This document shows positions 1 through 9,861 of a stretch of DNA of 20,000 nt, one piece after another (the stretch's first letter is position 1; each line of letters opens with the position of its first letter). Under the pieces are notes generated by a model. The model ran no database searches, was not told the DNA's origin, and saw nothing but the letters and a program-made list of their open reading frames with translations. This stretch comes from Chiloscyllium plagiosum (Eukaryota). The position numbers and the translations under genes are program-made. The DNA lies in NCBI RefSeq assembly GCF_004010195.1, contig NC_057750.1, positions 3,616,654 to 3,636,653 of the forward strand, in the 5' to 3' direction.

Positions 1-180
1 GGGCCTCTTGCTTAAAAGTATTCATGGATGTAGATCATCAGGACAGGGGATTTATCGTCCTTTAATACCATAAATTTTCCCAATACCATTTTCTTGTTAA
101 TACTGATTTGCTTCAGTTCTTCTCTCTAACTAGATCTTGTGTTCTCCAACATGTTTCGGACATAGTCACATCTTTCTTGT
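1..180 (-). mobile_element. Decayed CR1-clade LINE ORF2 fragment (region just upstream of the RT domain)
   Basis: Reverse complement of 1-55 reads aaatcccctgtcctgatgatctacatccatgaatactttt, a degenerate KSPGPDxLHPRVLK motif. The same motif is intact in ORF 10149..10331 (KSPGPDGMHPRVLK). Confidence 0.6.
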
Positions 181-349
181 AATGTCACCATACTAGGTTT
201 TCAAACAGTCATAACCTCCCTGCTCATATAATCTATTACCTTAGCTATACTGGCTCTTTGTGTAGTTTCTTAAGAAGAATTATAGACTGGTTACAACCCA
301 AAAAGAGATAAGTTGATGGAAGTGTCAGTGTCATCTCTCTGCAAGAGCA

Positions 350-1920
350 ACTCACCTTTCCCCATAGCTCTTTTAAAAGAATTGATTTAATTCAGATCAT
401 TATCCAACTTCCTTTCGAAAGTTTCAGTTGAATTTTCTTCCATCACACTCTCAATCATAGAATCCTTACAATGTGGAAGCAGGCCATTCAGCCTCTCGAG
501 TCCACAGGGAACCCCCGAAGAATATCCTACCTAGTCCCCATAACACTGCATTTCCTATGGCTAATCCACAAAGCCTGCAGATCCCTGGACACTATGGGCA
601 GTTTAGCATGGCAAATTCATCTAACCTGCAGATCTTTGGATCATGGGAGGAAACCAGAGCACCCAGACGAAACCCATATAGACACAGGGAGAATATGCAA
701 CCTCCAACTGACAGTCGCCTGAGGCTGGAATCGAACCTAGGTCCCTGGACCTGTGAGGCAGCAGTGTGAACCACTGTGCCATCCCTAAGCAGTACATTCC
801 AGATCCTAACTACACACTGTGCAGAAACAATTCATTTGTGTTTCTTTTTTACCTTAAATTGGACCTCTGCTTTTCAACCCTTCCACTATTGGGCATAGAC
901 TTCCCTATATATTCTGTCCAGACCCCTCATGATTTTCAACACCTCTGTCAAATTTAGCTCAACAATTTATTCTCTGAGCAGTCCCAGCTTCCTCAATCTA
1001 TTCATGTAACTGAAGCCCTTCATTTCATTCTTGTTGATAGTTTTCTTGACCCTCTCTCATGTCTTCACATCGTTTTTAGAGAATGGTGCACAAAATTAGA
1101 CACAGTACTCCAGTTGAAGATTAACCTGTGATTTATAGTTAATGTTTTACACTCCATCCTTCCATTTATAAAGCCTTTATACTTTATTTTCCATTTTCTC
1201 AAATTGCTTTGTCATCTTCAATTATTTGAGCACAAATAACCCTAGGTCCCTCTGCTTGTTTTATAATTGGATTCCATATTTTATACTGCTTCCCTTTTTT
1301 TCTCCTGCCACACGTAAGACATCACTTTCCATTTCAGTGCATTAAATTTCTTCTGACATATATCCATTCATTCTATTAGTCTATATCCTCTTACAGTCAA
1401 TCAAAATCCTCTCTATAATTCAAAATACTTCCAGATTCCACTCTATACCTCCCTCACATCTGAAAAACAACTGTTCACCACAACTGTCTATATCCTGACA
1501 CTCACCCAATTTTGTAACCACATTGCCACTGTTACTTTTATCCCATGGGCTTTAACTTTGCTGAGAAGCCTGTTTAATGATACTTTATCAAATGCTTTTG
1601 GGGAGTTCACATATTCTACATCAACCACATTAGGTAATTCATCCATTTCTATTACTTCATCAGAAAACCAAGTTAATTAAATATGATATTCCAATTACAA
1701 GTTTGATTGGCTTTTCTTAATTAATCAACATTTGTCCAAGTGACTTAATTTTATTCTGGATCATCAGTTTTAAAAGCTTTTTCAACATTGTAGTGAAATT
1801 GAATGGTATTTGCTGGGCCTATCGCTGCATGTTCTTTTGACCAAACGTGTAACATTTGCAATCTTCCAGTCCTCTGGCACAGCTCCTGTAGCTAAGGAGG
1901 GTTGGAAGATTAAAGCCAAC
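350..1920 (-). mobile_element. Old, heavily decayed CR1-clade LINE (RT domain to 3' end), interrupted by a SINE at 453-785
   Basis: Minus-strand motifs appear in the expected order: LALIFQPSLATGAVPEDWKIANVT (~1850-1920), VDVEYVNSPKAFDKV (~1580-1625), QRDLG (~1240-1255), QLEYCV (~1098-1116). Many stops and indels. Confidence 0.8.
453..785 (-). mobile_element. HE1-type tRNA-derived SINE (elasmobranch V-SINE), essentially full length
   Basis: The minus strand begins gggatggcacagtgg (A box TGGCACAGTGG) and has B box GGTTCGATTCC. It has a V-domain-like core (gggtgctctggtttcctccca) and a CR1-like tail (gctgaatggcctgcttccacattgtaaggattctatgatt). It aligns with the copy at 17845-18128. Confidence 0.92.
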
Positions 1921-3149
1921 AAAGGTGAATCCGAAGAACATGATCTTATATAAATACAGCTTACTGAAGTAGCCTCCTTTTCACTAATGGAGGAGAAAGT
2001 TCACAAACCTACCATGGAAACAGCCAAGAAAAGGTAAGGAAAAGTCAGGTAATGATTGAAACCTGGCCTGACCTGTTGCTCTTACTTGCCTCGGGCATTT
2101 CACCTGGCTGGGAAAACTGCCACTGAGTTCCGTTGCTTCAGCTGTCATTTCCAGTGTTTTGGTTTAAAACAAAATTGAAAGATTTGTTCTTACTGCTTCT
2201 GATTTCCACCCATCCATTCCCAAAATGCTTACTCACGTTAATATCTCAGTTTGTCTACAGTCTCTCAGTTAAGCATTAATTTGTTTCTTTGCAGTATCCT
2301 AGGCAGTGATTGTTTGCAGCCTATTTTACCAGATGGGCATTGAAGTTAAACCAGATCCTGTTTTTACCTGAGGTAAACACACACACATATGCATTTTCTA
2401 TCAGGCTTTACTGGATAGTGATCAATGCTATGCTTTGTGGTTTAAATTCTCTTTTGCCCAGGAGCAGTGAAGTAAAATGTAGTCATCTGGGACCTTCTTA
2501 GCTCCAGAATCTACTGCCAAATTTCCCATCTACACCCTCTATTGCTTTGACTCTGGATTGCACCATGTTCTCCTCAGTTCAATTTAAACATTGAATATTT
2601 GGTTTTCACCTCTCCCATCTGAAATCATATATGGGGGGGATGTTTTATTGGGCCTATGTGAGTGGAAGACATGGTGGGCAGAGTAAAGTGCCTAGATTTA
2701 ATTTCACTTTCTTATTAGTGGATTCAAAATTAAAAATTAAGTCACTGGCATGAATGTGATGGGTAAGCCCTCATACTGTCCCATGGCACATGCCTACCTG
2801 TAATACATTTGCAGACCTTGAAAACTCATTATGTTAAAACAATGGTGTCCTATATTCAAAATTAAGTTAGCAGTGCACAAAAATCTCATGGTTCACCTTC
2901 ATTTAAAGTGGCATGCAACATTCAGCTTTATACAATTATATCTGAGATCAGACCTTGCCTTGTTGAACTCTGTACTGTCAGGAAGAGAACAGAATGGCAC
3001 TTTCCATAATACCTCAGAACCAGCAAGGGTGAGACAGGAATAAAGGAGCAGGTCAGGGTGTGTGGAAGTGGAAGAGGAATCCAAGAGCGAGACAAAGAAT
3101 TGGATCGGTGGCATGGAGGAGTGAATAGGAAATGCTTACAACCTTGTAT

Positions 3150-3350
3150 GTTGGGGTCTGGTAGGGAGATTCAGTCAAGATAAGAAAATGAGAGGCCTAA
3201 AGGCAGATGGTAGAGTCCTTACCAGCCTGTGAGTTCACTTACAATATTTCAATTATCTTGTGGAAAGACAATCATTTTTGAATGCACAGAAGGAAGGGTC
3301 AGCTGAGGGTGCAAGATCAGCTATAATCAACAGAATGGCAAGTACTACAG
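3150..3350 (+). mobile_element. Possible very decayed CR1 3' end
   Basis: agctgagggtgcaagatcagctataatcaacagaatggca resembles the CR1 3' UTR at 11670-11715 (agctgaggccatgaaatgatcagccatggttttattgaatggca). Confidence 0.4.
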
Positions 3351-4052
3351 TGGACACCAATATGAATGTTCAATGAAAAAAACTCAAATATAAAATATAA
3401 TTTCTTCCACAAAAAATGTCCCTAACATTCTGTTACCATTAATGTATGCCAACCATGAGGTATACTAGTACATTTATCTCATTGACAACTTAATGATGCA
3501 CACATGAATAAGGTTGAATCAATGAAATCTGAAATATTCACAAGTGAAATTTAAATTTGAAGAACACCCATACTACTTTTCTCCTCTCAATACATCTTAT
3601 GCTTACAGTAATGGGGTTAGACGGGAAAGTTTTAGCTGAAGACAGAGCATCCCTGCTTATTCAGGAAGCTCTCATACAGCCTGTGAATACCTGCTGCTTT
3701 GTTGTTAATGGCAGATTTCACCATTAAAAAGCAAAACCTGCCATGCAATTATAAGTTTCTCCTGTGCATACAGCCATCAGTTTAATTTTATTTTAAAATG
3801 GGCTGAATCTTACATTTTGTTGGCTCAGTCCAATTTGTCTCAGATTCTTTGGAGCTCTTGTTGCCTGGAAGTCTAGCGAGTTTTGTCAATGATTCTTATC
3901 AAGCCTGCCTCATTAACTACCTAATGCACACCTGTGGTATCTCTCATGTCTGATTTCCTGCTCATCTTGCCATGTGTTATTCCCACAGCAACTTCCCATC
4001 ATTCAGCAGGTATCTCAGAATTCACTGGCATCCCTTGTGCCTATATCATCTT

Positions 4053-4248
4053 CATCGAAGAGTGTGGCCCTGGAAAAGCACAGCAGGTCAGGCAGCATCC
4101 GAGGAGCAGGAGAATTGACATTTCGGACATAAGCCCTTCATTCCTGGTGAAGAGCTTTGGCCGGAAATGTTGATTCTCCTGCTCGTGTGCTTTTCCAGTG
4201 TCACATTTTTCAACTCTGATCTCCAGCATCTGCAGTCCTCACTTTTTC
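4053..4248. mobile_element. Penelope-terminus-derived fold-back (inverted repeat) element with damaged hammerhead cores; diverged 13-bp TSD
   Basis: Arms gagcaggagaattgacatttcggacataagcccttca and tgaagagctttggccggaaatgttgattctcctgctc are reverse complements. Outer arms are ctggaaaagcaca / tgtgcttttccag. Flanks cctatatcatctt (4040-4052) and cctgtatcatgtt (4249-4261) match at 11/13. Confidence 0.8.
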
Positions 4249-4261
4249 CCTGTATCATGTT

Positions 4262-4740
4262 GCTGTGCAGGCATTTGTGGAGGTCCTGCTGGATGGAGCA
4301 GTGCGGAGGAGGGTCTTCCTCTTCCCTCAGGACCTGGACTGGAGGTCATGACAGCAGATCATTGCCACCTTTCTTAGCCATCTGGAGAAATTGCCATGAC
4401 TGTTGGAAGATGGTCTGTATCCTTCTCTCATCAGGGTAAAGTTCACCTTCAGGTATATCACACTAACTATTTTTACTACTGTACTCACCTGCCCTGCTCT
4501 CACCCATCAAGTCCCAACACCGGTAAGCTTACATCCCCTCGCAATGCCCACTCACTCACTCTGCATACTCTCTCACCTGCACCAAAAGTATCAGCTATGA
4601 CGTCCACTTTCATCTAAGTAATACCTAGCTCTCTCATTCCAGGAGGAAGCAGGCCCCAGTAGAGCAGAAAGGGTCAGGACAGGTGGTGTGCTGCCATTAT
4701 TCAGCTCCTCACCCTTTATAAGGAGAGGATACTACTGCCC
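4262..4740 (+). pseudogene. Decayed Myb/SANT-like DNA-binding gene of a PIF/Harbinger DNA transposon, two exons
   Basis: Translates in pieces as QAFVEVLLDGAVRRRVFLFPQD, then WRNCHDCWKMVCILLSS, then a putative intron (gtaaag at 4436 to ctctctcattccag at 4642), then EEAGPSRAERVRTGG and, after a frameshift, IQLLTLYKERIL. This fits the EVLL..RR..LF / R...QC.K / R..TGGG..LT..E pattern of Harbinger Myb proteins. Stops and frameshifts are present. Confidence 0.65.
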
Positions 4741-5224
4741 CAAGTGGGGCCTGGAATGGTATTTGTAGCTGCTGAAACCTGATGACAGGTGTTCTGGCTT
4801 TGTGTCTGTGCTAAATGGCATGGCATGATATCAGTGATATAGCTTGGTATCTTTGTTTGAAAGGGAAAAGCACAAAAAATGCAAGATAACACAATGCAAG
4901 TTAAGGATACTGTGAAAGACAAACTCAGAGTGAGTAAGCACTTTGACAGCAAGTGAACAGCCTAAGATACATCCTCGTCCAGTCTGTGAGCTTACTTCAT
5001 GACCCTAAGTGCATAATGTCCTAGCTGCTCTTTATAACAATAGTTGCCAGTGCAGGTGGTCTCATTCAGGAGTGGCAGTCTCGGCCTGGCATGGCGTTCT
5101 TCTTTGGCAGAGGCTTCCAATCCAGTATTTCAGCAGCCCAACTAGCAGTCTTTTCCCAGCTGCATCTTCAGGGTATTCCATCTTTCCTTGTTCAGCTTTC
5201 CCTGAGCCCAGGAGCCATTAACTG

Positions 5225-5383
5225 AACTGTGATGCACTTTGTCTTAATTTTACTTTTGTTTTATTATTATATATGACTTCTGACATTGATGTAGGTGGTA
5301 TGGTGGGGCGACTTATAAAACGTTTCACTGTATTTTTCACGTAAAAGTACATGTGACAGTAAATTTCTACCTATTCTATTCTA
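5225..5383 (+). mobile_element. 3' end of a Rex1/Babar-like non-LTR retrotransposon
   Basis: tttcactgta...tacatgtgacagtaaa stem-loop-like terminus followed by a (CTATT)n tail (ctacctattctattcta). Confidence 0.5.
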
Positions 5384-5690
5384 ACAACCTCAATAAGTTT
5401 CTTCGCAACATCAAATCTTTGAAACAATAAGAGAAACCCCTCAAAATGAGGTGCACTGTTTGTATTTAAGATACTCCTGTCTTTTTGGCATTGTTCTACA
5501 TTGGAAATACATTTGCCCATCAAGCTATTGGCAGAGTCAAAGTCCTTCTGTTTATAAGTTTTAAGCACACAATGTTTTTGTTTAGTTTTTGTCTTTTTTT
5601 TTGAAAATTGGTGAGAAAACAAGGATAAACAAGCAGCCAGGAATTTGGCCAACAACTTAAAGTTTATTCACATGCTAGTTAACTCTCCCA

Positions 5691-5872
5691 GAGTTTAAGT
5701 CAGAGTGGTGTTGGAAAAGCACATGAGTTCAGGCAGCATCCGAGGAGCAGGAAAATCGACGTTTCGGGCAAAAGCCCTTCATCAGGAAAAGCCCTATAGA
5801 CCTGCTGTGCTTTTCCAGCACCATTCTGATCTAAACTCTGGTTTCCAGCATCTGCAGTCCTCACTTTTGCCC
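5691..5872. mobile_element. Penelope-terminus-derived fold-back element with an intact hammerhead core; perfect 14-bp TSD
   Basis: agttaactctccca occurs at 5677-5690 and 5873-5886. Inverted arms lie at ~5689-5730 and ~5799-5840. Same family as 4053-4248, sharing ggcagcatccgaggagcagga and tccagcatctgcagtcctcactttt. Confidence 0.88.
5755..5788 (-). ncRNA. Minimal type I hammerhead ribozyme motif
   Basis: Minus strand reads UUC-CUGAUGA-A-GGGC-UUUU-GCCC-GAAA-C-GUC-GAU. Both core boxes are present, with a 4-bp helix II, palindromic ACGU in place of helix III, and a GUC triplet. Helix I is weak (2 bp). Confidence 0.65.
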
Positions 5873-6094
5873 AGTTAACTCTCCCATCCTGTCCACAGCT
5901 TAGCATTTCTGCAATGCAAATACCAATTCTGTGTCACTTCTAATTCTTTTAATCAGTGTAAAATACGAGTCATCACTTAGAGAACAAGAGCACTTCGAAT
6001 ATGTCCATTTTAAAATTGATAACTCCAGTGTGTCCAAGGTTATGTTGCAATAAATTTGCCATTATTATGTTAATGTTATTTCTCTTTGAACCTC

Positions 6095-6417
6095 CAGTGA
6101 TATTGTTTGAAGAGCAGCTCAGTACTCCTCTATATCCAGAGCAGTATTCATTCCTCAAGCACATCACTAAAGAAGAAAAAAATCCAAAAAAATCTGGATA
6201 TCTGGAACAAAAACAGGAATTGCTGGAGAAACCCAAAGTGTCACTGAATTTGAAATATTAATGCTGCATTTTTCTTAATGGATGCTGCCAGACCTGCCGA
6301 GTTTCTCTAGCAATTTCTGTTTTTGTTTCACTAAAGAACAGCTTAATTAATGTTTATGGGATCTTATTGTCTGCAAATTGGCTGCTTTGATTTTCTGCAT
6401 TATAAGTGACACTCCTT
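6095..6417 (+). mobile_element. Deu-domain SINE fragment (SacSINE1/AmnSINE1-like), interrupted at 6175-6327 and cut by CR1 at ~6418
   Basis: tttgaagagcag...tattcattcctcaagcacatcactaaagaa | cag...tgtttatgggatcttattgtctgcaaattggctgct...ttctgcattata resembles the Deu core. Similar to 11900-12205. Confidence 0.7.
6175..6327. mobile_element. Older fold-back element of a related subfamily; perfect 11-bp TSD
   Basis: tcactaaagaa occurs at 6164-6174 and 6328-6338. Arms aacaaaaacaggaattgctggagaaac and gtttctctagcaatttctgtttttgtt are reverse complements. It contains ggatgctgccagacctgc, the reverse complement of the gcaggtcaggcagcatcc motif of the 4053-4248 copy. Confidence 0.8.
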
Positions 6418-6983
6418 TGAGTATAAATAAGAGTTGGGACATTATATTGAGGTTGTACAGGAAGTTGGTGAGACCTCTTCTGGACCAATGTGTGCAATTC
6501 TGGTCACCTGTTATAGGAAGGATGTTATTAAGCTGGAGAGAGTTAAGAAAAGGTTCACCAGAATGTTGCCGGGAATGGAGGGTTTGAGTTATAAGGAGAG
6601 GTTGGATAACTTGGGAGTTTTTTCATTGGAACATAGGAGGCTTAGGGGTGACCTTATAGAGGTTTATTAAAAATCACGAGAGGTATGGATAAGATGAATA
6701 GCAGATATCTTTTCCTGAGAGTTGGGGATTTCAAGACTAGGGGGCATATTTTTCAGGTGAGAAGAGAAAGACTTAAAAAAGACATGAGGGACAATTTTTG
6801 CACACAGAGAGTGGTTACAACGTTTAAAAAATGTTTAAATACATTAATGAATAAGAAATATGTGGAGGAATATGTGCCAAGCAGTGGCACGTGGGACTAG
6901 TTTAGTTTAGGATTATGGTCAGCATGGTTTGGTTGGACCACAGGGTCTGTTTCTGTGCTGTATGACTCTGTAACTCTATAACT
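6418..6983 (+). mobile_element. 5'-truncated CR1 (HER1-like) LINE 3' fragment
   Basis: LYRKLVRPLLDQCVQFWSP, LERVKKRFTRMLPGMEGLSYKERL, RRLRGDLIEVY, FKTRGH. The tail reads gggtctgtttctgtgctgtatgactctgtaactctata. Confidence 0.93.
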
Positions 6984-7754
6984 GCTACAATCATGACTAG
7001 ACTCCCGGCTTTATGTCTGCACTAAACGCCAGGCAAGGCAGAAGTACTGTGAACCTGGTAGCTCTGGCTGTAAGGGAAAAGTACAAAAATGCAAGGCAGG
7101 GATGCTTTGAGGAGTAGCCTGGTAAGGTTGAGCTAAATGAGAAGTAAGAAAGCAACTGACCAATCCTGAGATGCTTGGTGCAAGTTCCTGTGCATTAAGT
7201 GTCTTGCAGTAGCTTTGTGATGGTGATTGCCAAATATGCTCCAAGTTGCAATATGGTCCTGCAGCTGCATGGTTCAAATGGTTCGGAGATGCACCATAAT
7301 GCTGCATCGAGATTGACAAATTCCCAATGCTGAAGTCAGTGGACATGAGATGCGTGCTTGCGTTGCCCATGGAGTGTGATATGGAGATTTTGGTACCTGG
7401 TGTCCAAAATGGAGGTCTGGAAGTGGAAATGATGAGCTGCAGTCATCAGACTTCCAGGTTGGAAATTCTTGCATCTAGCCTCTTTGTGGTGTGTTGTGGG
7501 AGAGGAAGCTGCATATTAATGAGGTGAGATTTGCACTTAACGAGGCTGACAACAAGCAATAAGTCCATTAATAGGCACCTCACTGCTCTCTACCTGGAAT
7601 CTCATCTTGACACCAAGATCTCTGCTGGAAAATGCAACTAGCTGCTTCCTATGTTGAGAAAGGCTTGACTGCACTTCTCACGTACTTCTCCCAGATAGCT
7701 AACACCATTCAGACCCCTTAAGATTCTCTTCAATATGTCAACCATTATGAGGAG

Positions 7755-7962
7755 ATGCTGGGGTACTGGTAATGTCACTGAATTTATAATGCAGAGGTCT
7801 AGGTTAATGCTCTCAGGACACGGGTTCAGTGTCACTTTGGCTGATGGTGGCATTTAAATTCAATGTATTTTTAAAATCTGGAAATGGAAACTAGTATCTC
7901 AAAAATTGTCATGAAACAATTAGTTATTGTAAAAGCTCATCTGGTTCACAAATGTCTTCTTT
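7755..7962 (+). mobile_element. Decayed tRNA-derived SINE (family distinct from HE1), 3'-truncated
   Basis: tRNA-like head ggggtactggtaatgtcactgaatttataatgcagagg...gacacgggttcagtgtcac, then a body atttaaattcaat...aaatctggaa...catctggttcacaaatgtc that I recall as a common shark SINE. Confidence 0.6.
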
Positions 7963-8227
7963 CTTTTGCTTCGTTGTGTGGAGTAAAGTTTATTTAAATT
8001 GCTTTTCTCAGTTCAAACTATTTTTGGCATTTCATCTAAATGATACTAGATTGCTCAGCAGATATTTTTAAATTAAAAACAATGGTGATTAACACATGAA
8101 AAATTATATACTTATTATAGCATCAACATTCTAATAAAGGTGACTCTCCTCAGAATAGTGGGAGACGTTACAGCTAGGAATTCTTCTTTCATTTAAGGAA
8201 ACACTCCAGTCAACTGAAAGAATAATC

Positions 8228-8386
8228 CCAATCAAGAAAGATGAATGAAAGAAAAAGAGAGATAAAAGAGAAATGGAGGATGAATAAGAATAGGATCAAG
8301 GAAAAGAGAGAAGTAAAAGAAGAACAAAGAGAAATATTAGACTGAGAACTGGAGAAAGAAATAGAGGAAAGGAAAGAAAGAAAAAT
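8228..8386 (+). repeat. Purine (A/G)-rich low-complexity tract
   Basis: About 160 bp dominated by aaga/gaaa/agag words. Confidence 0.8.
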
Positions 8387-8710
8387 TGTTAATGTGTCAA
8401 ACTTAATCTCTCCTGCAAGGTTTTGGACTCATGTCTTAATCTCTCCCTTCATAGCCCAGATGTCTATTTCTAACAGTTTCCATTTATGAAATATCTTTGG
8501 ATATGGAAGGTCCTATATAAATTCCTGATGTTCATTTCCACAAATCAGGATATCAAAAAGGAGGAGCACCAAATATTGACTGCATTGTTTTCAGAATAAG
8601 GCACAACATTTAAAGTAAGTAAACTGTATGAGTTTTACTTATGGTCAGCTGATAAATACTATATATATATATATAGTATCAGCCTCTGTGCAGCTACATC
8701 ATTGCAATAG

Positions 8711-9210
8711 NNNNNNNNNNNNNNNNNNNNNNNNNNNNNNNNNNNNNNNNNNNNNNNNNNNNNNNNNNNNNNNNNNNNNNNNNNNNNNNNNNNNNNNNNN
8801 NNNNNNNNNNNNNNNNNNNNNNNNNNNNNNNNNNNNNNNNNNNNNNNNNNNNNNNNNNNNNNNNNNNNNNNNNNNNNNNNNNNNNNNNNNNNNNNNNNNN
8901 NNNNNNNNNNNNNNNNNNNNNNNNNNNNNNNNNNNNNNNNNNNNNNNNNNNNNNNNNNNNNNNNNNNNNNNNNNNNNNNNNNNNNNNNNNNNNNNNNNNN
9001 NNNNNNNNNNNNNNNNNNNNNNNNNNNNNNNNNNNNNNNNNNNNNNNNNNNNNNNNNNNNNNNNNNNNNNNNNNNNNNNNNNNNNNNNNNNNNNNNNNNN
9101 NNNNNNNNNNNNNNNNNNNNNNNNNNNNNNNNNNNNNNNNNNNNNNNNNNNNNNNNNNNNNNNNNNNNNNNNNNNNNNNNNNNNNNNNNNNNNNNNNNNN
9201 NNNNNNNNNN
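8711..9210. other. Assembly gap (500 N)
   Basis: Run of N; a short (TA)n lies at ~8660-8675 before it. Confidence 1.
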
Positions 9211-9861
9211 TGAGGGTATTGCATTTTGATAAAAGAAACAAGGTCAGGACATACATAATTATTGATAGGGCCCTAAGTGGTGTTGTAGAACAGAAAGACA
9301 TAGGGGTTCAGGTACATAATTCTTTGAAATTTGCATCACAGGTAGACAGGGTGATTAAGAAGGTGTTTAATACACTTACCTTCATTGCTCAGACCTTTAA
9401 GTATAGGAGTTGGGATGTCACCTTGAGGTTATGCAGAATGCTGGTGAACCTTTTCTAGACTACTGTGACCAGTTCTGGTCACCCTGCTATAGAAGGCTAT
9501 TATTAAATTGGAGCGGGTTCAGAAAAGATTTATCAGGCTGGATAGGCTGGGATGTTCTTCACTTGGAGTGTAGGAAGTTTTGGGGTGACCTCATGGAGGC
9601 ATATAAAATCATGAAGGGCATGGATAAGGTGAATAGCAAGGATCTTTTCCCCAGGGTGGGTGAGTTCAAAACTAGGAGACATATTTCTAAGGTGAGAGGA
9701 GCAAGTTTAAAAAGGACATAAGAGACAACTTTTTTTACACAGAGGGTGGTTCATATGTGGAATGAACTGTCAGAGGAAATGGTGAATTCAGGTACAATTA
9801 CAAGATTTAGAAGACATATGGATAAATACATGAATAGGAAAAGTTTGGAGGGGTATGGCCA
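9211..9861 (+). mobile_element. CR1 LINE copy A, ORF2 C-terminal part and start of the 3' UTR (continues at 11768)
   Basis: RVLHFDKRNKVRTY, EQKDIGVQVHNSLK, DYCDQFWSPCYR, GDLMEAYKIMKGMDKV, FKTRRH. The sequence breaks off at gggtatggcca. Confidence 0.92.

Noticed and set aside
2295..2372. Possible exon (tttctttgcag ... GAG|gtaaac), and a donor-like AAG|gtaagg near 2033
   Set aside because: All three frames from this acceptor contain stops and no peptide is recognisable. A non-coding exon cannot be excluded without RNA data.
8402..8447. 12-bp direct repeat cttaatctctcc
   Set aside because: Only two copies about 33 bp apart, with no array or enclosed element; likely a local duplication.
8628..9458. 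Long ORFs of 176-276 aa
   Set aside because: Artefacts of reading through the N gap; the real part is CR1.
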